Below are positions 25,768 to 44,496 of a stretch of DNA of 64,000 nt, in pieces. The position numbers were made by a program, and so were the translations under genes. The notes beneath the pieces were generated by a model. The model saw only the letters and a list, made by a program, of their open reading frames with translations, was not told the origin of the DNA and did no database searches. Source of the stretch: the human T2T-CHM13v2.0 reference genome, Homo sapiens; the NCBI RefSeq assembly GCF_009914755.1, contig NC_060932.1. One strand, given 5' to 3'. Each line of letters opens with the position of its first letter. Position 1 is the first letter of the stretch.

Positions 25768-27554
25768 GAGCTTCTGAAGGAACTGCTTATTCAAGTAAGG
25801 ACTGCTCATCTCCCTTCTGCGTACTACGAGATGATGGCAGAATTGAGTTGCAGAGACTCTCCTTGACCAGGTGGCCCACCCACCACTACCTACTGACTTA
25901 AGAAAGCATCTGCATTCAAAACAGAGTTCCTGTATGAAAGCTATGCTGGAAACAACATTTTTAAAAAGAAAATGTTCAGGTTTTTTTTTTTTTCTTTTCC
26001 CTATGCTACTCCCATGTCAGGCTTCAGAGTACAGTAGTAACCTACTGCCTAAATATAGCAAATAACCACACATTTTTATTTATATAGTTCGTGTTCGTGG
26101 CTTTCTGGGAAATCCAAAGAAAGTGTGAATTCCGTTCTTTTGATTCATTCTCCCTTTCTGCCCTATTGCTCTCTAAATGAACTCTGTGACTTTCATTTTT
26201 TTAAAAATTAAACATTAAAAAGCTTACTTTTTAATATAATGGTACAATCAGAGCTCAACACTAGCACAGTCCAGGAGGCCTGGGTCTGTAGAAAGTGTTC
26301 TGAGAACTTCATTTGTCTGCATTCTGTTCCCACACCTCGCCCCAGGAAGCTCTCATAGGAATCTGCTCTTGACTGTGGACTCAGCTCTATCTTACTCTTC
26401 AGTGCCCCTACGGAGTTTCCTGGACAGGCCCTTCAGAGAGGAAGGAGAGCTGAGTGACCATCAGTAGACGCTCCCCACCTCCAGGCCCTGCTATTCCTTT
26501 CCTCAGGGTCCAACCAGTTGCCAAGACCAGGAGTAGAAAGCAGGTGCTTTTACCTTTGAATAACAACACTGTTGTCTTTGTGGAGAAGAAGAAGGAGATA
26601 TGAGTTGTTAAGAAGAGTATGCAATTCCTGTTGAAAACTCATTTTAAAATACTATGATTTCTCTCATTCTTTACACTGTTTCTCTAGCTCTCAAAATTCT
26701 TTAAACTCAGTCTGTATAAGTATTCAGCTTTTCATCTCTTTTTTGAAACTAAAATGAACATTCTGTAAGTCTACAAAGCTTACTTAGAAAATACCACACA
26801 TTTTATTTTCTAGGTGGAAAACTCAAGAAATAAATTGTCCGGTTCCAAACCACAAACAGAGCAACCTTACGAAGATCTGCCACCCACAAGGCCTCTGGCT
26901 CTGGCTGTTTCCAAAGGTCCCACCCAGCTTGGCCTTGTGATGGTTTTGACTATAGCTGAGTATAAAATTAAAAAAGAAAACACACCCTGATTTGATTAAT
27001 GGGATTACCGAGTTTGTTGTTCAACAAAATGGAAAAAAAAAAATTAGCCTCTGAAACACAAGGATAGAAGGTTAAGCTTCCACTTACCCAAGATAAGTAA
27101 TCTGGGCTAAAGAGGTACTGCTATCTGGGTAAGAGACTAAATTTTGCCTAAGGATAAAAGTTTGTCACTCATTAAGTTTTTCCCTATGTAATTTACATCT
27201 TCTAAAACAAAAAAGGTAGCTTGTTATGGCAACATTTTAATATAGGGCACGTGGTTAATCTTTTGGTTTACACTTTGCTTTTCCTTCTGATTGTACTGGA
27301 ATTCCCCGAAGTCATACCGGGTATCCCTCAGAAGCACATTCCCAGAGTTCTCCATGACAGCTTGTGTGTCACACTCACAGCTCCAAAAGGGCTAATGCCA
27401 GTCTTAATGGGACAGGGTCAGTTCTTCCAGGAAATCCTTAAAGTGTGATTTGAGGAGCAGCTGAAGGAACTATGATCTAAACTACCTTCCCCAGTGATCT
27501 CCTAAGACATTTCATCACCTACATTTATTTATTCCTTTTGGACCTGAAGTAGTC

Positions 27555-27851
<297 letters not shown>

Positions 27852-28171
27852 TTGAAGTAATTTTAAACTTTCTGAATTTCCAGTTTAAGTGATCCTTTAA
27901 ATGGGAAGTATCATAAGTAGTCATCTTACCAGTCCATGTCCAATTTTGAGCTTGTCTTGGTAAAGCGCCTTCCAACCCAAGGAGTCAGTGAGCCATAAGT
28001 TATGTGTGGCTATGAGACATGCCAAATGGGGCTAGACTGGATTGAGCTATGCTGCAGGTGTAAAACAAACACTAGGTTTTGATGATTTAATATGGAAAAA
28101 AGAATGTAAAATATTTTGGACATATAATGTAAAAATTTTAAAATCTCACTACAATTAATTTCACCTGTTTC

Positions 28172-31222
<3,051 letters not shown>

Positions 31223-31444
31223 TATTTACCTGTTTCTTTCAATTTTTAAATGTAGCTGCTAGAAAATTTAAATTCACACCTAGGTGGTTTACATTTATTT
31301 CTAATGGAAGGCACTGATCTATATCACCTGACATTCCTGAACTGAAATATTTTTGTTTTATGTTTAACACTCATAGAAATCTTTGTGAAGGTGACATAAT
31401 CTAAAACAAATTGCTGTTAATGTGTCATTCTCCTAAAAATACAG

Positions 31445-31580
31445 AGTTGGAAGGGATCTTATCAGCTAATTCACCCAATCCCATCTCATTTCTATGACGA
31501 GGAAACTGAGGTTCAGAAAGGATAAGGTCATGCCAAATACACCAATTACAAGACTAAAATGGATTCCCAATCTAGTCCTT
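31445..31580 (-). mobile_element. MIR SINE
   Basis: gaggaaactgaggttcagaaagg core. Confidence 0.7.
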
Positions 31581-32012
31581 TTTCTAATTTTATGATTTTT
31601 GTCTCTCAGCTTTCTTGTCCTTTTCCTGCAGATAATACCTTTACCCAATAGAGTGACCCTTATCAGAGCAGGCATTTCAGTAAATGATTGATGAAGGAGG
31701 GATTTAAGGACAGGGAGTCATTTCAAATCACATGATTGGCTGCTTATTCTTCCTTCTCAGGAATGGCCCTAATTCTTTGCAATCATCTACTAAAAATGTG
31801 GCTCAAAGAATCCTGTTGCTAGGCTCCGCTTCTCTTCAAAAGCAGCTGTTATCATTTAAAGATTAAAATTCAGAGCTCTTAGTCCTCTTTCATTATGTAA
31901 TACAAAATGCAATTCCAAATGACAAGGCAAGGATCATGTCTGTATTATTAACTGGACTCAGGGTATAAACTGTTGATCTTACATCTCTAGCTTTTGACTC
32001 ATAATTGTAATA

Positions 32013-32329
32013 CAGAATCTCTTTGACTTGCAATAGGGTTATATCCCAGATAAACCCATTCTAAGTTGAAAATATCGTAAGTCAAAAATATATTTACACC
32101 ACCTAACCTACTGAACATCATTAACTTAGCCCAGCCTACCTTAAATGTGCTCAGAACATTTAATATTAACTTAGGTGGGCAAAATTATCTAACCCCAAAG
32201 CCTGTTTTATAATAAAATATTGAATACCTCACGTAATATACTAAAAACTGTACTGAAAGCATACCACTTTTGCACTATCATCAAGTTGAAAAATTGTAAG
32301 TCAAACCATCTTAAGTCGGGAACCATCTG
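32013..32329. mobile_element. Tigger4b (Zombi/MER46) MITE
   Basis: TA TSDs and TIRs cag...gactt / aagtcgggaaccatctg; internal aacttagcccagcctaccttaaatgtgctcagaaca. Confidence 0.85.
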
Positions 32330-35300
32330 TACTTAGTATCCCACGAAAAAAAGAAAAGTCTTCAATTTCCTCAATAATTCTATTAACCTACACTATCTCA
32401 GTTCCAGATCCAGATGTATAATCACCTCTGTCATGTCTTCTGTAAAGGAGATAGCATTTGATTCCACGCTAGACTGACTTACTAAGATTGAGACTTTTGC
32501 TACTAATCTTCTTTAACTAGTTTAACAGAATTTCTCCCTTGCTTTCGCTAGGAAGACCAAGGGAAATAATGGCTATCTTTGCACTTTTATGATCCAGACC
32601 ACTTGCAGCTTAATTGCTAGAAAATTTTGTTTCAGAGGGTGGGTTTGCCTTGTGACAGTTGGCACTGTATTGAGATATGCCTCTGCACTGCTCCTGTGAA
32701 AGCAAAAGTGACCTAGATAATGGCCCCTACTATGAAAATTGCTTCCCCAATGTTGACAAATAAAAATAAACCATCTGAGGAATAAGGCTAGGATCACAAC
32801 CAGAAAGTGTTCTCCAAAGGAAATATATCAAACTACCCAACGCTACTGACTATGCAACAAGATACTCAACAGTAAAATGAAAGGTTTACTATCTGAAATT
32901 TATATTATCTGTGCTTCCAGATATGAATGGTTATGGGCTTCCCTAATGACTTTGAATAGAATGTATTCTTTTTTTGCACATATATCAATTTTGGAAGGAA
33001 TCATGCTGTTTTAAATGTCACCAAGAATTAGAAATTCAGAAAAAGGTGCATCATGCTTCAAGAATGTCCTAGATTTTTAAGAAAATATTCTGTCCCAAGA
33101 AATTTATAAGTTTTGTTATAGTGGACATTTGTTGTTTCTAAAATTGAATTTCCTAGCCATGTGGTTGGTGTGGGCTCTAACTGCCTTAAGCCATAAGCAT
33201 ATGCTACTCTGGGTCGCAATTCAGGAGTGGGTATTCAGCTGAATTCAAGCCCATTAAGTCAAGTGACCTTTATTCTAAGTCTTTGGTTTCAGTCATGAGG
33301 GAAGTGGACATTCTCTTTTTTCCTGCTGGATTGGAACCTGAAAACACATATACCGAGAAGTATCTTCCTTCCAAGCATGAAGGGACTATTAATTCCAAGC
33401 CCATGTTCAAAGATCTAACTAATACTTAATACATATAAAACTGGCTGCAGCCTCTAGTACAGGGTTTGCAAACTCAAAAGCCTTCAGGGACCAGAGCAAT
33501 GAAACTTACTGTAGAAAGTTATCAGATGTGATATATTAATAACAGGCAATGGTGAGAAGGACAAGACCTGTCTTTCCTAAACGCATTTAAATTACAATGA
33601 AAACAAATACAGTATTATGTTGGCCAAAGAAAACACGTTGACATTAGGTGGGCTGGCAACATACAATTCATTGGCATTGCGTCGGCTGGTTTTCTAACAG
33701 GCTTTACAATGACCTGAAAGCCAGCTATTAACCTGACCTTCAGCAATTCCCCTGTAGTAAATCTCTTGTAGCCCAGTCATGGATTTAATAGGCTTGGGCT
33801 GGTGTATCTTTTCCCTCTCCCTACTCAGGTCCAGCTTAATTTAAGGAGTATGTTAACATCTGTAATCATCTTAAACGTTGCATCTGTAACATCTTAAATG
33901 TTGCAGGAAAAATATCTTGAAATAAAAAGCATCATCTCCTTCCAGTTGCTGTTGTTTTTAAAGCTGAAGAAACATAAAACCAAAACATTAGGGCCAACTG
34001 CATTGCTGTCAAGGGAATTTCTCTAATGGTGCTGTGTCTTAAGGGGCCCAGGTGTTTTCCAGAACAGCTCAACCAACTGTGCTTTGTTTGGAGCCTTGTA
34101 AACTTTTACATTGACACAAAACATCGATCTGCCCCAGAACTTGATCTGTTTCCCAATATACTAGAAGCACAGGGATCAATTAAATATTTTTAAGTAAAAT
34201 GGGAACTGAATAAAATAGAAAAAAGTTAATTTATAAGGAAATGTGGCTATTTCTGATATTTATTTCTTGAAATTGGGAAATGATGGTGAGTTTCTCAATG
34301 TAGACTTGTCATGCTTAAAGCCTCTTTTAGAAGTAAGATTAGATTCCAAACCACAGCTTGGAGGTTACCAATTCAGTAACATCCCTTCCCTTAGAGTTAA
34401 GTCAATGAAGAGAGCCCATTCTGAGTAAAGTTTGCTGCTTTAAGTAAAAGTGAACCTCTTTTCTAACAGGCTAAGATGGAAGTTTCCTTGCTCTCTGTAA
34501 ATTTTTTTTTAAACCCTGTATTTACCAGAATTTCTGATTATTTACTGTCAGTCAGAGTTTGGACAGTTTCTAAGGCATAGAAAGAGAGGTAAATTTGGCT
34601 CACCATGAAGCACTGTTTGTACTCAAAGCAACCTGGGATTTAAACAACTGGAATGCATACAATTAGTAACACTCCTGGTGTTATTACTAACAGCTTAATA
34701 TTCTGCCAAAATAAAAGTATTTTTCCTTACCAAGGACTTGTGAAAATGGTAAGAATTGCTTTGAAACCAAGGGAGGCCCTGTTGAGGAGGACCCACCATA
34801 AGAGGAGGTGAGAGCACCCATTCATGCCTATGATCTTCCCTGGTGATTAAAGCTCCTCTTCCTGTCACTGCCCATCTGTGGGCTCCCACTGAACTGCAGA
34901 CACTGCTGTCTGCTCTCACCTGGGTGAGAACAGTCACCAGGTTTGTTTTCATGGGAGCTTCTGGTCCTGTTAAAACAATGAATACTAAGGTTTCTCAGAG
35001 AATTACTTCCTCTGATGTTATCTTTTATATACAATAATAAAATTTCACGCATGTTGTCAACAAACGTGCGTCAATTAGTCAGTGTTCCAGAAACTGGGAA
35101 AAATGGTCAATAACTCTTATATCTGCTATGAAGCGGCCTGCTCAGGGAATGCTGCTTATGAAGCAAAGGATGCTGTGCAAAGACTCTCTGCAAGCACTCA
35201 CGAGAGAAAAATTCCGGTGGCTGCAACAATAGCAAAGTGGACTCAATATGATATATGACTTCAATGTTAATTTAAATTACTGAAAAACAATTGTTCACTT

Positions 35301-36319
35301 CTTAAAAAGCACTACTTATACAAAACCCCTTTTAGATGACAGCTGAAATTTTCCCTCTTTCATGACATAAATATTAGCTGTACCAAGTCAGCTATCCTCG
35401 CGCCTTTCTGATAGACACAGGTGAAGGAGCTTGACAGACAAGTCAACCTGCTTGACATATTAGCATATGGGTCTGATTTTAATGAGTCCTGGAACGCAGT
35501 CTGCAAGCTCGCTGAGGTGACGATTTGATGAAAGCAAGACTTAATCCCTGCAAAACTTGGTCTAACTTCATGTCAGGGATTGAAAATGCTGGCTCTTGGT
35601 GGGTTACATTTTCAGAAAAGAGGTAGCGCTGTCGACTCAAAAGTAGGGAGGGCTCCTAGCAATGGCAAGCTTTCCATGGCCTTGCAGCCACCCCCCACCT
35701 CCTGGGGACAGGCTCTTCCACCTTCGGCATCAAGGGCTCCAGCGAGGTGCTGAGTGCTGGAAGCAGGGACTGAGGTGCTGGGAAATTTAATTAGCTTGTG
35801 TGAAACAAAACAGGCCTATGGCTTAAAGCCACTTCAGAAGTGTGAAGAATAATGATTGCTTTTTGAGAACTCCCATTTCCCAAGAATGAACAAGCCTGGG
35901 GAAAGATGAGCTGCCTAGTTTTTTGTTGTTGGTTTATTTTTATTTTTTATTTTATTTTTTCAAGCATTTTGCTGGTAAGGCTTTTACGGTTTTTGCTAAG
36001 AAACGTTTACCTTTACCAAAATAAATAGTTCTCTTAGTAGAGTTCTCCGCCCAGAGCAAGGATTTGCTTGACCATGAAGAAAACTAGTACATGGAACTGT
36101 AGTGGAAGTGTCATTTTTTTAATCAAATGCTACATTTGATAACAGAAATATTATAACTCAGAGACTTTTTAAGGCTTCTATGAAATTGTATCCAATTCAG
36201 CAAGCACACATAGCAAGGCCTGGAAATGAACTTAGGCTCATAGTTTTGGGTAGGGGGAGGTATTACGGAATCCGCTACAGGTAACAAAGACAGATGAAAA
36301 TAACTTCAGCTTAAAAAAA

Positions 36320-36900
36320 TTGTGCCAAGTACTGAAACAGATGAATCCCAGCTAGTATATCTGGATCAGGTTTTTCATAGGAGGAATTTGGGCTGTACCT
36401 CAAAAGACGAACAGGACTGTCAGAAATGAAGATGATGGGAAGAGCATCTTAGGCAGAGGAAAGTAAGTGAACAAAGGTATAAACGTGTGTTTGGGGAGAG
36501 TAGGCAGAAATGTGACTACCGTAGGGAGGCCAGTGTGGGAAAGACGGACGTTGTGGAAACGTGGAGACGCCAAATCCTCTCCAGTGAAAGAACTGAGACT
36601 TTCTTCAGGAGGTAACTGGGGGAGGGGAATCGGGGAAGCTGTAGGCAGCTGTCAAGCAGAGGAATGCCGTCATCTGGGTTGAACCTCAGAAAAACAACCG
36701 GCCAAAGGATTTAGGATGAACGGAAGGAGAGCGGAGTGAGAGGAGAAAGCCAGGGCTCAGCAGAGGAAGTAGTTATAAAGCAATACAAGGAAGGGACAGG
36801 TGTGAGACGCCACAGACACTGATCGCTAGGATGTGGACACTTAGAAGATTTTAAATTTCAAGCCTGAGGAGGAAATCAGATAAGATGAAAACAAAGGAGA
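36320..36900 (-). mobile_element. Degenerate L2 LINE
   Basis: gggaagagcatcttaggcagaggaaa...aacaaagg purine-rich L2 antisense motif. Confidence 0.5.
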
Positions 36901-37725
36901 GGAACAATGAGAAGTAAAAGGGGCCAGAGCTACAATGAAAAAGAACAGCTAAAGGCAGATTCAGCACACCCACCAGAAAAAAAAACAAAAACAAAAAACA
37001 ACAGGTCAAATTAGTCGATAATTAATTCTTTTTATTTTGTATTGCATGCTACCTACTTTAAAAATAAAAAGACACTTTAAATGTCTGAAGGCAGAGGCTA
37101 AGGGACTCTAACCCTGACATTAATTTGGAAGAAAACTGAGCCATGGAAATATTTGGAAATATACTGTTTTCAACTTGGGTTTAAATTTTACACTTTTCCA
37201 TGCCATAGCATATGGATCCTCACCATTCTTTTTAATAAGCACACTCACTGTATAGATGGATGTGCCACAACTTAATTTATCAACCCCCTTCTGAAGGGCA
37301 GTGGGTGACAAGAAGAAAAACGCATAGTGTTGCCGAACAGCAAGAATGTGCAGGGAAAAGCTGATGCCTCACATCAACTATGTGGCTCATTTCCTCCCTT
37401 GTGCTTTTTTTGACTCCAATTCTGCCGGAAGAGACACAGGGATACAGAAAGCAGCTGTCCACCCTGGTGTGTCCCTCTACTGTTCTTTTTCTTCCCCTCA
37501 CAGCGGGCGCACACTATTCCAACCAGGCAGGCTATTTACTTTTAAGTGTATAAACTGGCAGGTTACTCTTTGATGTTTGCTTGGCACTTAAACAGAATCA
37601 CAAACAAGAGGGGCCACCATGACCTTGCCAGGAGCTCCCAAATTAGAGCCAGGGGCAAGACACGCCTCTCTCAGTGACACTGCAAAGAAAGATACCGCCT
37701 CATGGACAGATCATAAGAAAACTCA

Positions 37726-37953
<228 letters not shown>

Positions 37954-39418
37954 TCAATAACAAAGCACAGCATACTTTAAAAAATCCCCTGTGCTGAATG
38001 ACTTTAATTCACTAAAACAGCCCAATGTGCCTCTGCTGCCACATCCTTCCAGCTTTCTCACGCCCCTGTCCACATATTTCATATATTCCTTCCCGGGATG
38101 GCAATCAAGGCCAACCTCTTTAACTAGGTCCCTTGTCATAAAACCAAATGGCTTCCGAGCTCTTTATCAGGTGTAAATGCCCCTGAGTTGGGACCAGGCC
38201 TTAAGAGATGCCCTGACAGGCATGTCACCAGCTGAACAGTTAAGCAGCTAGCATGGAAGCTGCACACCTTGGCTTTCCCATTTCATGCCCACTCAGCAAT
38301 GCTGCCAGCTTTTCCATCCATCACAATGAATGAATTGTAATTGTCTATGTGCATATTTTTTTTCCTTTTTGAAAGAAGCAGAGCTACGAAGAAAAATTTC
38401 TTCTCTGAAGCTTACCAGATGATATTCTAAAACATGCAGCTATCTCGCTTTTCTCTTACCAAAGCAGCAGAGTTCTTAGTTCCTTCAACTTGATTGGCCC
38501 AAAGCAACCCGTCAATTAAAATGTATCTACCTATTTAGCAATTATTGCCTTAGTAGCATTATTATAGGTACCGTGTACCAATGCAATATGGTTGATCCTA
38601 CATCAAAGGATTTCCATTCTAAGGGTACCATTTATATCACCTTAGCAATAGGCTACCCAAAAAGATATGTTACTGAACCTTCTGCCAGCATTTTAAAAAC
38701 ATTCTTGGAATTCTCTTGCATTCTTGAAAATGTATGACTCCTTACTGTTCTAGTTTCACATGCAAATTATCCAAATTTCACAGGTACAATAAGAAAAATG
38801 GGTAAAGGCAAATGAAACAGATCTGACTAAATTAGGTGATAAATGTATTTTATATAACACCAACATAATTGTAGAACACAAAAATCTTGTAGAATGAGGG
38901 GAATAATTTTTTACAAAAACAGAAAATGAATAACTATGGACAGTAAATTACAAATATATAATATTGTTGTAAATTAGAAGAAAACGTGTCCAGAAATTAT
39001 GAGCGTCACATATAATATCTTACGGACTTTTGTAATAATGTACATCTTAAAAGCCAAACAACAAAAACAAAATCCAAGTCAAAAACCATCAAAACAGAAG
39101 AAAACAATGACAAGTAAAAAGCAGAGTACACGAATGGAAAAATGAACAAGAAAGGTAGCATGAACACGTGGAGTGATCTAAAAATGACAAGATTCATTTC
39201 TAAATGCCAACTATAACAAAACAAAATGAAACACTCCAAGAAGTCCCAGAAAAGGACGAAGGAGAAAAGAAACCTATTTTGAGATTTTAGAAAGGCGTCT
39301 ACATCTCCAAACCTATTATTTGTATACTGATAATGCTGAAAGTCAAAAATGCTTCAGGTAGCTTTTATTTACAAGTTCTTACTCATCTATTACTTTCAGG
39401 CAAGGAGACTATCAACTA

Positions 39419-39754
39419 TGTTATGGATTGAATGTGTCCACTCAAAATTAACCTTCAGTGTAGCTATACTCGAAAATGGGGTCCCTAAAGAAGTAATAAT
39501 GGTTAAATGAGGTCATAAGAGTGGGGCGTATATCCAATAGGATTAGTGCCCTTATAAGAGGAGACACTGTGTGCAAGCACCAGTGGAAGGCCATGGTGGC
39601 CATCCACAGCCCTAGGGGAGAGCCCTCACCAGACACCAACTCTGCTGGCACCTTGATCTTGGATTTCCCATCTCCAGAACTGTGAGAAAATAGATGTCTG
39701 CTATGGAAGCCACCCAATCTATAGTGTTTTGTTATGGCAGCCTGAGCTAAGACA
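39419..39754 (+). mobile_element. MLT1A-type MaLR solo LTR
   Basis: tgttatggattgaatgtgtcc...ctaagaca with a perfect 5-bp TSD AACTA. Confidence 0.9.
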
Positions 39755-39899
39755 AACTATATCAATAGTTTTTATTTCTTTCAAAGTTGTTTTCCTTTGT
39801 GTATTTATTGCAATATGTAAATTACCTAATAGACTTCTTGACAAATGATATTTAGTGACTGGACCACTTCAAAAAATAAAAGCATGATGTATTTTCCTT

Positions 39900-41080
<1,181 letters not shown>

Positions 41081-41725
41081 GGTTAGGAAATAATTAGAAT
41101 CCAATAATTAGAATCCAATGATAGAATCCAGTTTATTTAAGAAAAAATAGGATTTTAGGTAATTTGGTAAAAGAATTTACAAACTTCTATTTTTTTTACT
41201 TTGGATCTATGCAAATATGCTTTCAGATGTTTGCTTCTTCTAAAAGCTTTAGATTTAGGCTTTCCAATCTTGAATATTCAAATGTCTCTTTTTCTGTTGA
41301 ACAAATCCCAATTTCTACTTATTTTAATGAGGAATACAGGCTAGAATGACAATATGTGCAACATCTTATGTTTTTCACTTTCCTCCCAATACCAGGGCTT
41401 GCTCGGGTTTGTTCACTGTTACCAAGCTATGGTACGTAAATCTGTTTCTACAGCAGCATAAAGGGCTAGTCATTTAGGCTATATTTTTACAAAGGAACTA
41501 ATCGAGGAAGTGCTGATGTTCAATGAGAAATGCTTCACTACTATTTCACTGGCTTCATAAGGCAGGAGTCAATAAAGTAAGCTCAAAATAAAGCATTTTA
41601 AAATCACATCTCCTTAAATCTGTCCATTTTGAACAGTGAAATAGAAATGCCAAGTGGCTCTTACGGACACAGCTTGACCATGCAAATTATTCCAGTGCTA
41701 GAATCCCATGATAAGAAAGATACAC

Positions 41726-41730
<5 letters not shown>

Positions 41731-41767
<37 letters not shown>

Positions 41768-41800
41768 AAACAACAACAACAGCAACAACAACAAAAAACA
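41731..41800. repeat. Compound microsatellite (AC)16 followed by (AAC)n
   Basis: Read directly. Confidence 0.95.
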
Positions 41801-42259
41801 ATGGTAAAAAACAACGGGAGAGAGGCTGCAGCCATGGAGATGTCACATTCTCAGACTCAGGACAACTACATTTGTAATAGACACGATGAAGAAAGACAAA
41901 GTAGGAATTTGCTTTTTTATTCCCCCACCTTTTGTCTTTGCTTTTACAGTTCTTTAGGGATGCATACATACTGTTTTTAGAAGACAATACTAGCAAAATA
42001 GATTTCAGAGATGGCAGAAAAATATTACATTTGACAAAGAAAAGGCATGGAGATAGAAAATACCACAAACTCATAAAATTGTTTTAAGTTAGGAAGTGAT
42101 AATTTTTAAAAAATGAAATTGAAAATACTAGATACAAGAAAAGTTGTTGTGGTTATATGTCAATAGATTTAAATCAGTAAGACCTTTCATAATATATACA
42201 ACAACATTTTATCTAAAAGGCAAGTTTTCGAAGTCACTTAGGATTTCATTTACTTATAT

Positions 42260-43255
42260 TAGGGGTTAATCCCCAAAGTATATAAGGAACTCAAAACAAT
42301 ACAATAGCAAGAAAACAAAGCAATTAAAAAATGGGCAAAGGACTTTGCTATGGTTTCATTGTATCCCCTTCAAACTTCATATCGAAACTTAATCCTCATT
42401 GTGTAGTATTAAGAGATGGTGCCTTTTGGAAAGTGATTGAGTCCCTCATGAAGCGGTAAGTGTCTTATAGAAGTGCTGGAGTGATATAGGTTAGACCCTT
42501 TTTTGCCCCCGTCTTCTGTCATGTGAGGATACAACATTTATCCTCACAAATGCTGTCAGGAAAATCTGGAAAACTGTAAGAAGGCTCCTCAAAAAACTAA
42601 AAATGGAATTACCAAATAATCTAGCAATCCCACTTCTGAGTATGTAGCCAAAGAAATGAAATCAGTTTCTCAAAAAGATGTGGCATTCTCATGGTGAGAC
42701 CATGCCGTATCTTCTTCAAGAAGAGGGAACAGCTCTTGGCTGCAGCATTATTCACAATAGCTAAGATCTAGAAGAGATCTAAGTGTCCTTTGAAAAATGG
42801 ATAAGGAAAATGTGGTATATATACACAATGGAGTATTATTTATTCACCCTTAAAAAAGAGGAAATTCTGTCATTTGCGACAACATGGACAAACCTGGAGG
42901 ACATTTTGCTAACTGAAGTAAGACCGGCACAGAAAGACAGATATTGGATGATCTCATATATGGAATCTAAAACAATTGAACTCATAGAAATAAGGAGAAT
43001 GGTGGTTACCAGAGGCTGGGGGCAAGGGACTGGGGACATGCTGGTCAAAGGATGAAAAATATCAGACAAGAGGAATAAATTCTGTTGTGTATCATGATGG
43101 CTAGAGTTCATAATAATGCACTGTGTATTTCAAACTTGCTCAAAGAATAGAATTTAAGTGTTCTAACCATAAAAAATTGATATAGCAAAACATCACAATT
43201 ATACCTGGAAATACATATAATTATTATATGGTCAATTAAAATTGTTAAAAAAATA
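42260..43255 (+). mobile_element. L1MA 3' region containing an MST-type MaLR LTR fragment (~42346-42540)
   Basis: ORF 42783..43055 WIRKMWYIYTMEYY resembles the L1 ORF2 C-terminus. tgctatggttt...aaacttaatcc MST start. Confidence 0.8.
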
Positions 43256-44160
43256 TTTAATTTTTTTCCTATTTATATAGTACTTAGGTTTTGAGAACAA
43301 TTTCAGAATTTCCTTTAAAATATTAAGCTCTAATGTCATCTCTATGAAGACAGTATTGCTTAACTGATCAGGCAATGGGAACAGGCAACTTGGCTGTTGA
43401 AGATCTTGCAGTGTGAGTCAAGGGCTGACTTGGAGTTACAGTCCTTCTCCCCCGGTGCAAAGCCCAGGACCAAGGGCCAGAAATTAGCTTTTTATCTTTT
43501 TATACCAAGTATAAGATTTACATAGTACTTATCATGGAGAGAAGGATGAGAGAGAAGCTGTGAAAACTTAAAGGAAACAATAAAATAGAAATGCAGATGG
43601 CTCCAAGAGGGAAAGGAGGAAGAATGAGAGAGAAGGCAGAGAGAATCGGGAAACAGAGAACACATTTATCCATCCGCGAACCTCACCGAGCGCCCATACA
43701 GCAGGCACTGTGCTGGGTGCTGGGAATAAGAAGAGGGAACAGCCACAGTGGCTGCCACCAGTCTTTCCCTCCAAGCTGTGGGATACAGAATCCTAGATGT
43801 TCTAAGGTGGAAGAGAACCTGGCCACTGTCCTTTCTACCCTCTTTGTCTTAGAGAAGATGGAGATCCAGAGAGTTCAAGTAATTGCTCCAGTTCAGACAA
43901 AAGGACAGAGTGGCAGAAGCCACATTCTCCCAACTTCTATCATGAAGTCACCTTGGAACAGCCTTCTGAAATCCAAAGGGCTGTCAACAACATAGCTTCA
44001 GCACATTGTCTTACTTGACAGATCAATCCTGAACTCAGCTTTCAGAGCTCTTGGTAAACTCCACTGCTGCCGGGTCTCCTCTGCTATAGCTCTCAAACGT
44101 GCAGGCTGGACTCAGGGTTACTCACCTTGCTCCAAATTCCACTCAAAACCTCTGTTACAG

Positions 44161-44496
44161 GCTGGGCCTGGTGACTCACACCTGTAATCCTAGCACTTTA
44201 AGAGGCTGAGATGGGCGGATCACTGAAGGTCAAGAGTTCGAGACCAGCCTGGCCAACATGGTGAAACCCCGTTTCTACTAAAAATACAAAAATTAGCCGG
44301 GTGTGGTGGCATGCGCCTTTAATTCCAATTGCACTGGAGGCCGAGGCAGGGGAATTGCTTGAACCTGGGAGGCGGAGGTTGCAGGGAGCCGAGATCATGC
44401 CACTGCACTCCAGCCTGCGCGACAGAGTGAGACTCTGTCTAGATAAAGAAAAAGAAAAAGAAAAAGAAAAAGAAAAAAACAAAAACAAAACAAAAC
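44161..44496 (+). mobile_element. AluS with (GAAAAA)n(CAAAA)n tail
   Basis: Full dimer; TSD aaaacct(c/a)tgttac. Confidence 0.93.

Noticed and set aside
41661-42074. ORFs with poly-Q, HT or VC repeats
   Set aside because: Translations of the (AC)n/(AAC)n microsatellite.
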